Below are positions 1 through 6,640 of a stretch of DNA of 10,808 bases, piece by piece. The stretch spans positions 4,899 through 15,706 of the forward strand of contig JBNJGP010000062.1 in the NCBI GenBank assembly GCA_051747805.1. Direction: 5' to 3'. Position numbers and translations under genes: made by a program. This DNA is from Candidatus Muiribacteriota bacterium (GTDB lineage Bacteria; Muiribacteriota; Muiribacteriia; Muiribacteriales; Muiribacteriaceae). Below the pieces are notes generated by a model. It saw only the letters and a list, made by a program, of their open reading frames with translations, was not told where the DNA came from and did no database searches. Numbering within the stretch: the first letter of the stretch is position 1; the number at the start of each line of letters is the position of its first letter.

Positions 1-240
1 ACGATAGAGGCCGATAGGAGCAGATAGGAGCCGTAAGAAGTGAGAGGCGAGAAGTAAGAAGTAAGAAGTGAAAAAGCAATAAGAGCAAAAAGAGCCGATG
101 AGAGCCGTGAGAGGTGAGAAGTGAGACGATAGAGGCCGATAGGAGCAGATAGGAGCCGTAAGAAGTGAGAGGCGAGAAGTAAGAAGTAAGAAGTGAAAAA
201 GCAATAAGAGCAAAAAGAGCCGATAGAAGCGGTGACCGCA
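1..240. repeat. Purine-rich composite tandem repeat: 125-bp period (1-99 identical to 126-224), built from ~10-mer (GATAGGAGCC/GATAGAGGCC-like) and 7-mer (GTAAGAA/GTGAGAA/GTGAGAG-like) subunits; probably continues beyond the left edge
   Basis: Direct alignment: acgatagaggccgataggagcag...caaaaagagccgat at 1-99 recurs exactly at 126-224. Strong A/G strand bias. No ORF in the track. Confidence 0.9.
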
Positions 241-276
241 AAAGCAATTATAAATTAGAATAGAGATAGTTTTAGC

Positions 277-321
277 TGTCATCCCTGCGAAGGCAGGGAA
301 CCATACATAACCGGGGTGACA
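277..321. repeat. REP-like palindromic element (TGTCATCCCTGC-GAAG-GCAGGGAACCA ... GGGGTGACA)
   Basis: Perfect stem TCCCTGC/GCAGGGA (282-299) with a GAAG loop. TGTCATCCC (277-285) can also pair with GGGGTGACA (313-321) with one G-T pair. Resembles the GTCAT(T/C)CC...GGGA(A/T)CC class of intergenic REP elements. Confidence 0.65.
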
Positions 322-411
322 TCAAAATCATGCAAATTATTCACAGAAACATTAAAGTTAAAATTTATTACGAAACAAAATCATCAACGAAACATTATGA
401 AAAAATTCTTA

Positions 412-482
412 TTGAGAATTACTGTGTTTATTCTATAATATTTCTAATTAAAAATTGATTTAATAAAAAAATAGTTTATAAT
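412..482 (+). promoter_or_regulatory. Two candidate tandem sigma70-type promoters for the SBP-nadE unit
   Basis: TTGAGA(412-417)-16 bp-TATAAT(434-439) and TTGATT(455-460)-16 bp-TATAAT(477-482). SD-like AAGGGA at 502-507 precedes the ATG at 516. The AT-rich background lowers specificity. Confidence 0.45.
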
Positions 483-515
483 TAAATTTAAAATTTAATA
501 TAAGGGAACATAATT

Positions 516-2375
516 ATGAAATTTTTAAAATTAATTGTTTTATGTTGTTTAATTCTAACTATCTTGGGATGTGAACCATCTGAGGATATTTCAGAAACTG
601 ATGCAGAGGTTAACTATGGCGATATTTTTGTTGCAGGAATCGGGCAGGAACCTGTTACGTTAAATCCATTATTTGTTTCTGATACTCATTCAAGAAGAGT
701 TTCAAATACCATTTTTAACTCTTTGATTTCTTTTGACCATGAGGCAAAACCTGAGGCCGAACTTGCAGAATCCTGGGAAATTAATAAAATTAAAAATAAA
801 ATTTTTCTTCATATTGAAAAAGATTCGGGAATACAATTTTCTGAGTTCCGGGATGATTTTGAACATAATAGAGGGAATTTTGAAAAAGTTGATGAATTAA
901 AAAAGCACGCTCATAAGATGGATGAGGATGTTATTATATATGAAGTGGTTTATGAAAATAATGTTGAAGAAAAAGAGCTTAATAAATGGCTTGAGTTTAA
1001 TGAAGATATTAAATATACAAATTATAGATGGGAAGTAACTTTTTATCTTAGAGACGATGTTAAGTGGCATGATGGCAGAAATTTTACTTCTTCAGATGTT
1101 GAATTCACTTATAATAAATTAATTGACCCTGAACTTGAAACACCGTATTCTTCGAATTATAGGGTGGTAAAAGATGTTGAGTCTAAAGGCAGATATGAAG
1201 TAGTTGTTACATATTTCAGACCAATTTTAAATATTTTAAGACCCTGGGGTGTTGAGATAATTCCTGAACATATCTTAGAAAATGAAAATTTAGAAGAAAC
1301 AGTTTTTAACAGAAATCCAGTTGGGACAGGACCTTATAAAATGCTTCAATGGGTTACGGCTGATTACATAATAGTTGAGGCAAATCCTGATTATTTTGAG
1401 GGGCGGCCCTACTTTGATAAAACTGTTTTTAGGATAATTCCCGACCATTCACAGCGAATTCTTTCATTAATGAACGGTCAAATTGATTATGTTGAACTTT
1501 CTTTCGATCAATATAAAACATACGGGGATGATTTAGAATTTGAAGAAAGATTTAACATTTTTAAACTTCCGTATAAAACTGGTTATTTGTATGTTGGTTA
1601 TAATAATCATCAGGAATTTCTTGATAACGTAAAGGTCAGGGAAGCTCTTAGCAGAGCAATTAACGTTGATGAGCTTATTGAAGGGGTATTTCTGAATGCA
1701 GCAACAAGAGTTACAGGCCCTTATAGATATCAAACAGCCGCGTATAACGAGGATGTTCCTCCTGTTCCTTTCGACCCTGAGGGCGCAGTTGAAATTTTAA
1801 AAGAAGAGGGTTTTGTTAAGAGAGATGATGGTTTTTTTGAAAAAAATAATAATATACTGGAAATATCTCTTAAAACTAATAGAGGAAATAAAGAAAGGGA
1901 ACATATGTCCAGATATATCAGGCGGTACTGGAAAAATATTGGGGTTAAAACTAATATAGAGTTGCTTGACTGGCCGAACTTCTTATCTGATTTAAGGGCA
2001 GGTGATTTTGATGCTTGTATGCTTGGTTGGGGACTGGGAATTACACCTGATTTATATCAAAGTTGGCATTCCAACTCAATACGCTGGAAAACTGATACTG
2101 GAGTTAATTATATTGGGTATCAAAATGAAGAAGTTGACAGGTTACTTGAAAAAATAAGATATATACCAGAACTTGAAGAGGCCTACGAATATACTCAGAA
2201 AGTACATAAACTTATAGCCCAGGATCATCCATATACCTTTTTGTTTTCAGAGGATTATATTATTGTAATGGATAAAAGAATTCACGGTGTTGAAGTTACT
2301 GAAAATGAAACTTTAAACAGCTGGCTGGAATGGTATGTTCCTGAAGAATTAGTTAAATATAAAGAAGGTTTTTAA
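516..2375 (+). CDS. ABC transporter substrate-binding lipoprotein, family 5 (peptide/nickel; AppA/OppA/DppA-like)
   Basis: Lipoprotein signal peptide with a lipobox-like LTILGC. Family motifs: EPVTLNP, LAESWE...TFYLRDDVKWHDG..FTSSDVEFT, PVGTGPYK, ANPDYF, VREALSRAIN, NYIGYQNEEVDRLL. Confidence 0.93.
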   Translation: MKFLKLIVLCCLILTILGCEPSEDISETDAEVNYGDIFVAGIGQEPVTLNPLFVSDTHSRRVSNTIFNSLISFDHEAKPEAELAESWEINKIKNKIFLHIEKDSGIQFSEFRDDFEHNRGNFEKVDELKKHAHKMDEDVIIYEVVYENNVEEKELNKWLEFNEDIKYTNYRWEVTFYLRDDVKWHDGRNFTSSDVEFTYNKLIDPELETPYSSNYRVVKDVESKGRYEVVVTYFRPILNILRPWGVEIIPEHILENENLEETVFNRNPVGTGPYKMLQWVTADYIIVEANPDYFEGRPYFDKTVFRIIPDHSQRILSLMNGQIDYVELSFDQYKTYGDDLEFEERFNIFKLPYKTGYLYVGYNNHQEFLDNVKVREALSRAINVDELIEGVFLNAATRVTGPYRYQTAAYNEDVPPVPFDPEGAVEILKEEGFVKRDDGFFEKNNNILEISLKTNRGNKEREHMSRYIRRYWKNIGVKTNIELLDWPNFLSDLRAGDFDACMLGWGLGITPDLYQSWHSNSIRWKTDTGVNYIGYQNEEVDRLLEKIRYIPELEEAYEYTQKVHKLIAQDHPYTFLFSEDYIIVMDKRIHGVEVTENETLNSWLEWYVPEELVKYKEGF

Positions 2376-2385
2376 TATACAAAGT

Positions 2386-4002
2386 ATGAAAATTGCAGCG
2401 GCGCAGATTAATACAAAAGTTGGGGATATTGAATCAAACCTTTCTAAAATAGTTTTTTATGCAATGAAATTAAAATCTGATTGTGATTTAATTGTTTATC
2501 CAGAGTGTAGTATATCCGGATATCCACCTAAAGATCTTCTTTTATCGGATGATTTCATAATTAAATGCGAAAGCGCAGTTGAAAAATTAAAAGAGGAAAG
2601 TATTCAAAAACAACTTCCGGCTTTAGTTGTTGGAGTCCCTCTTATAAATAATAAAAAATTGTTTAATACAGTTCTGGTTATTGATAAAGGTGAAATAATC
2701 TTTAAAAAATATAAAGCACTTCTGCCTCAGTATGATGTTTTTGATGAGAGTCACTATTTTAAACCCTTTTTTGATAGTGATAGAAGTTTTAATTTTAAAG
2801 GTAAAAAAATAGCAGTGTTAATTTGCGAGGACGCCTGGTTTGATTATCAGAGACATTATGATTATAATCCCGTGAATAGTCTGAAAAAGTGTATGCCAGA
2901 TATAGTTTTAGGAGTATCTGCTTCTCCTTATTATTATAAAAAATTAGAATCAAGAGTAGAAGTTTTTAAAAATATTTCTAAAACTCTTTGTTGTGATTAC
3001 TTTTTTGTGAATCAAACCGGTGGAAATGATGATATTATTTTTGACGGACAGAGTTTTGTTGTTTGTGGAAAAAATCAGGAAGTTCTTATCAAGGCTGAAG
3101 CTTTTAAAGAAGATATACTTATTTATGATTGCAATAAACAATATTCTTCAAAAATTTATATAAAAGAAGATAAAATTAAAGATATTTATTCTGCTGTTAT
3201 AGCGGGAATCAGGGATTATTTTAAAAAGTGCGGATTTAAAAAAGCGGTTTTAGGAATATCAGGTGGAATTGATTCTGCTGTTGCAGTTTCTATTTTAGTT
3301 AAAGCGCTTGGCGCTGAAAATGTCACTGGTTTAATGCTTCCTACAAGATATTCATCTAAAAGTTCAATCATAGATGCACGGGAACTTGCAGAAAACCTTG
3401 GGTTTGAAATTTTTGAAGTTAATATAGAACCATTATACAAAAATTATCTGGAAACTCTTGCTCCTTTTTTTAAAAACCGTGAAAAAGATTTTACTGAAGA
3501 AAATATTCAGGCAAGAATTCGTGGAAATATTTTAATGGCATATTCAAACAAATTTTCCCATCTGCTTGTTACAACTGGCAATAAAAGTGAAATATCTGTA
3601 GGATATACCACTTTATATGGGGATATGTGTGGTGCCGTTAATCCAATTGGGGATATATTAAAAACTGATATTTTTAAATTAGCACGATTTATTAATAAAA
3701 ATAAGGAAATAATCCCAGAAAATATAATTATTAAACCACCTTCTGCTGAACTGAGTGAAAATCAGAAAGATGAGGATAGTCTGCCTCTATATGAAGTTTT
3801 AGATGAAATTCTAAGATTACATATTGAAGAGAATAAAGGGGTTCAAAGTTTGATTACAAAGGGGTTTAAAGAAGAAACTGTTAAATGGGTTTTAAATCAG
3901 GTCAAAAAAAGTGAGTTTAAAAGAAGTCAATCTCCTGTAATTTTAAAAGTTTCTAAAAGAGCTTTTGGCAGAGGCTGGCGAATGCCCATTGTTAAAAGTT
4001 GA
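2386..4002 (+). CDS. nadE: Glutamine-dependent NAD+ synthetase (N-terminal nitrilase-family glutaminase plus synthetase domain)
   Basis: Glutaminase motifs YPE..ISGYPPKD, KALLPQYDVFDE and ICED.W (Glu-Lys-Cys triad). Synthetase motifs GISGGIDS, ENIQARIRG, TGNKSE..GYTTLYGD and KPPSAEL..QKDE. Confidence 0.96.
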   Translation: MKIAAAQINTKVGDIESNLSKIVFYAMKLKSDCDLIVYPECSISGYPPKDLLLSDDFIIKCESAVEKLKEESIQKQLPALVVGVPLINNKKLFNTVLVIDKGEIIFKKYKALLPQYDVFDESHYFKPFFDSDRSFNFKGKKIAVLICEDAWFDYQRHYDYNPVNSLKKCMPDIVLGVSASPYYYKKLESRVEVFKNISKTLCCDYFFVNQTGGNDDIIFDGQSFVVCGKNQEVLIKAEAFKEDILIYDCNKQYSSKIYIKEDKIKDIYSAVIAGIRDYFKKCGFKKAVLGISGGIDSAVAVSILVKALGAENVTGLMLPTRYSSKSSIIDARELAENLGFEIFEVNIEPLYKNYLETLAPFFKNREKDFTEENIQARIRGNILMAYSNKFSHLLVTTGNKSEISVGYTTLYGDMCGAVNPIGDILKTDIFKLARFINKNKEIIPENIIIKPPSAELSENQKDEDSLPLYEVLDEILRLHIEENKGVQSLITKGFKEETVKWVLNQVKKSEFKRSQSPVILKVSKRAFGRGWRMPIVKS

Positions 4003-4844
4003 AAACAAACTCTTAAAGGTTTTATCATAATATAAAAATAAACACATTTAAAATTATATTTTTTTATATCTGTTTTATGCGGCATAAAAATATGTTTGAT
4101 TATAAATGATAATTTGTCTTTAAAATTTAAATGGAAAAAGGAATTTATATAATCAATTAATCTTCCTTCGCAGGGAGTTTTTTTTAAAGCTTTATTTATT
4201 AGTTTTAAAATATTTTTTCTTTTTTTAACTTTGAAATAATATATATCAAGAAGGTCTTTTAAATATGCATATCTGTGTTTTCTAGCATGTTTTAATAATA
4301 ATTTTAGATAATCTTTTTTAGCTGGAATATAAAAAAAGTTGTTTAATATTTTTTCTTTATGTAAAGTTAGCTGACTGAAATCATTATCTTTAACACAGTG
4401 CAGGTCAATATTTACAAAAAGATTTTCTGTAATTTTTTTTTTCATTGAACAGTCAATTCCAAAAGGAAGGTAGAGTTTTTTAATTAAATTTTCTGGAATA
4501 TCAGTTATAAAATCCTTTTTTTGGAAAATTTTTAAAGCTTTCATAAAATCTCTTTTTTTTATAAAAATATCAATATCTTTAGAGTTTCTTGCATATATAT
4601 TATTATAAATAAGATGTGAGGAAACAATCCCTTTCAGGAAATAAAAATCTATATTTTTTTTTGATAAAAACTTTTGAATATGGCAGCAAATTTTAAATTG
4701 ATTCTGAGTAATAAACATTGACTGGGCAATATACTTATTTAAAAAAGGATATTTTTTTAAATAATCTTTATTAATAACTGATAAAAGATTTAATATACCA
4801 TGTTTGCCAGCTTTTTCAGGGGATAAATTATTAAAATTTTTCAT
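3927..4844 (-). CDS. Nucleotidyltransferase family protein (NTP_transf_5-like), putative lasso-peptide tailoring enzyme
   Basis: FLKG.....LIY....ARNSKDIDIFI signature with a DxD metal-binding pair, followed by IDLH and LLDI. This pattern matches nucleotidyltransferases found in kinase-containing lasso clusters. Confidence 0.85.
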   Translation of the reverse strand: MKNFNNLSPEKAGKHGILNLLSVINKDYLKKYPFLNKYIAQSMFITQNQFKICCHIQKFLSKKNIDFYFLKGIVSSHLIYNNIYARNSKDIDIFIKKRDFMKALKIFQKKDFITDIPENLIKKLYLPFGIDCSMKKKITENLFVNIDLHCVKDNDFSQLTLHKEKILNNFFYIPAKKDYLKLLLKHARKHRYAYLKDLLDIYYFKVKKRKNILKLINKALKKTPCEGRLIDYINSFFHLNFKDKLSFIIKHIFMPHKTDIKKYNFKCVYFYIMIKPLRVCFQLLTMGIRQPLPKALLETFKITGD

Positions 4845-5745
4845 TGAACCTCTTCTTTAAAAATAATAAAATTAAACATATTATAAATGTTAAAATCCAA
4901 ATTTCTGAATTATGAACTTTATACATAAAATAAATAAAAGATATAAAATAATTCAAATAAAATAAAAATGAAAATTTTAAATTTTTAATAGATTGGAAAT
5001 TTAATAATTTATAAAAATAAAATAATAAAAATGAGAAAAGTGTTCCTGTAAAAATTAAATCAATAATTCTTATATAATTTGAAAAAGGATAAAGAATGGA
5101 AATAAAAAAGACAATTAATACTGGAAATAATAACTCTGATTTTTCAATAGTTAGTTTATTTATCTGAAAAAAAAATATCATAATAATAAAGAGCATTATA
5201 AAATTAGGGTGAATATTTAAAAAATTGTATATTAAATTCAGATTACCCATAAAAAAACCAATTGTATATATAAGGAATGAATTTAAAATTGATTTATATA
5301 AATTTAATTTGAAAAAAAATTTAAATAGTATAAACAAGGCTAAAATAAAAATTAAAATTTCAATTCTTAAGAGCAAATTAATATCAGCAAATAAAGATAA
5401 GGTGAAAAAATCCTTTAATATTATTTTTAAAGGTCTTACAGGATAATATGTAAAAACTCTTTCCTGAGCCCATGGCAAAAAAAACCGGATAAAAATTGGT
5501 AAAAAATTAAAATAAAAAATATATTTTAAATATTCAGTATAGGAAACAAAATGTTTTATAAAAATAAAAATTATTAAATAAAATAATATAAACCAGTTAA
5601 ATGAATGGTTTATGAAAACAAGAAAGATAAAAAAATTTTTTGAGAAAAAAAAATCTTCAATAAAAACAATAAGACAAAGTTGGATAAATATTAATAACTC
5701 TAATTTTAATTCTTTTGATAAAAATATATTAACTGAATTTTTCAT
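4831..5745 (-). CDS. Polytopic integral membrane protein of unknown function in the lasso operon
   Basis: 304-aa ORF, extremely F/I/L-rich, with many hydrophobic segments. It overlaps both neighbours (17 nt with the kinase, 14 nt with the nucleotidyltransferase). No family motif recognised. Confidence 0.7.
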   Translation of the reverse strand: MKNSVNIFLSKELKLELLIFIQLCLIVFIEDFFFSKNFFIFLVFINHSFNWFILFYLIIFIFIKHFVSYTEYLKYIFYFNFLPIFIRFFLPWAQERVFTYYPVRPLKIILKDFFTLSLFADINLLLRIEILIFILALFILFKFFFKLNLYKSILNSFLIYTIGFFMGNLNLIYNFLNIHPNFIMLFIIMIFFFQINKLTIEKSELLFPVLIVFFISILYPFSNYIRIIDLIFTGTLFSFLLFYFYKLLNFQSIKNLKFSFLFYLNYFISFIYFMYKVHNSEIWILTFIICLILLFLKKRFNEKF

Positions 5746-6343
5746 TTATTTCTTTCTCGATAAATTTTAAACTTTCCGTTGATTTATTATTTATAAATTT
5801 ATAAAATCCAACATTTTTTGAAATGTCTGTTATTTTGTTAAATAAAATTTTCCAGTCGTTTTTTTTGTTAATATAATATTTATTATAATTCTGCTTCATA
5901 ATTAATTTAAAACCATCAGTGGTGGAAAGTTTTGAGATTTTATTATTTTTACCTTTCCTTAACTTAAAAAAAATAATTTTTTTAATTTTTTTTCTTTTAA
6001 ATTTGTCAGTAATAAAAATATATTTTTCATTCTCTTTTTTAAAATATCCTGAAAATATGGGTTCACAATTGCTCTTAAAAGGCAAAAAATCATCGCTGTA
6101 AAGCATATACTCTTTTTTTAAAAAGAAATTACTTATTGTTGATTTACCTGACCCGCTTCTTCCTGCAAAAATATATAAAATATTGTTTTTATAAACAGAA
6201 GAACAGTGAAGAACAGGGTTGTTTAGCAAAGTATGCAAAATTGGAGTCATTAAAAAAATAATTTTTTCTTTTTCTTTTAAATAATTAAAAATAGAAACTT
6301 TTAATATGTTTTTTTCTTTGAAAAATAAAATATGAAATTTCAA
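5729..6343 (-). CDS. HPr-kinase-like P-loop kinase, putative lasso-precursor kinase (PadeK/ThcoK/PsmK-type); the true start may be 6474 via a frameshift
   Basis: VLHCSSV (conserved His), Walker A GRSGSGKST and the LYSDD acidic pair, in the order and spacing of HPr-kinase/PEPCK-like P-loop kinases. Lies just downstream of the lasso precursor. Confidence 0.85.
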   Translation of the reverse strand: MKFHILFFKEKNILKVSIFNYLKEKEKIIFLMTPILHTLLNNPVLHCSSVYKNNILYIFAGRSGSGKSTISNFFLKKEYMLYSDDFLPFKSNCEPIFSGYFKKENEKYIFITDKFKRKKIKKIIFFKLRKGKNNKISKLSTTDGFKLIMKQNYNKYYINKKNDWKILFNKITDISKNVGFYKFINNKSTESLKFIEKEINEKFS

Positions 6344-6474
6344 TTCCCCTCTGGAATAAAATAATTCAACAATTTTTTTTTTAAAGGTTTTATATAAAGC
6401 CCTTTTTTAAATTTGTTTTTAAAACAAAAATCAACTTTTTTAAAATGAATTTTAAAAGGGGGATATTCTAACAT
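6340..6474 (-). CDS. 44-aa ORF MLEYPPFKIHFKKVDFCFKNKFKKGLYIKPLKKKLLNYFIPEGN; either a small coupled protein or the frameshifted N-terminus of the kinase
   Basis: Hand translation. SD-like AAGGAA (6486-6481) lies 6 nt before the ATG at 6474. The stop TGA (6342-6340) overlaps the kinase TTG (TTGA). The ORF fills the gap between precursor and kinase. Confidence 0.5.
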   Translation of the reverse strand: MLEYPPFKIHFKKVDFCFKNKFKKGLYIKPLKKKLLNYFIPEGN

Positions 6475-6493
6475 AATAAATTCCTTTTAAAGA

Positions 6494-6640
6494 TTATTCA
6501 GGAGACTGTCCGGGACGATATCTTCCGTATAATGCATCCTGTGTTCCTCTATCGCCACTTCCTGTAAGATGCTGAACTTTTCCCAGACATTTCATTTCTG
6601 GTTTTTTATATTTAATTTTTTTATAATTTTCGTTTTTCAA
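6494..6640 (-). CDS. Lasso peptide precursor, 48 aa: MKNENYKKIKYKKPEMKCLGKVQHLTG | SGDRGTQDALYGRYRPGQSPE
   Basis: Hand translation (below the ORF-track cutoff). TTG start at 6640 with GGAG (6652-6649) 8 nt upstream; TAA at 6496-6494. The leader fits the YxxPxLxxxGxxxxxT lasso motif (YKKPEMKCLGKVQHLT), with Thr at -2. The core starts with a small residue (Ser) and has Asp at position 8. Directly follows the cyclase gene. Confidence 0.9.
   Translation of the reverse strand: MKNENYKKIKYKKPEMKCLGKVQHLTGSGDRGTQDALYGRYRPGQSPE

Noticed and set aside
1..240. CRISPR array
   Set aside because: No constant repeat alternating with unique spacers, and no cas genes in the window.
1533..1733. 66-aa - strand ORF with a Cys cluster
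   Set aside because: Antisense shadow inside the well-supported SBP gene, with no motif or RBS support.
2950..3440. 63-aa and 74-aa - strand ORFs
   Set aside because: Antisense shadows within nadE.
3927..4844. MNT antitoxin or AbiE-type toxin nucleotidyltransferase
   Set aside because: Length and the LKG...R..DID pattern fit the NTP_transf_5 type, and no HEPN or antitoxin partner is adjacent.
5225..6101. 73-aa and 60-aa + strand ORFs
   Set aside because: Low-complexity antisense shadows of the membrane-protein and kinase genes.
5729..6343. Canonical HprK/P of catabolite control
   Set aside because: Short, with no recognisable HprK N-terminal domain or downstream signature, and embedded in a RiPP operon.
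6340..6474. PqqD/RRE (B1) identity for the 44-aa ORF, or a second precursor
   Set aside because: About half the length of an RRE, with no recognisable pattern. It also lacks the leader Gly/Thr motif and a ring-forming core.
6545..6556. Integrin-binding RGD motif in the lasso ring
   Set aside because: The sequence is G-D-R-G, not R-G-D.
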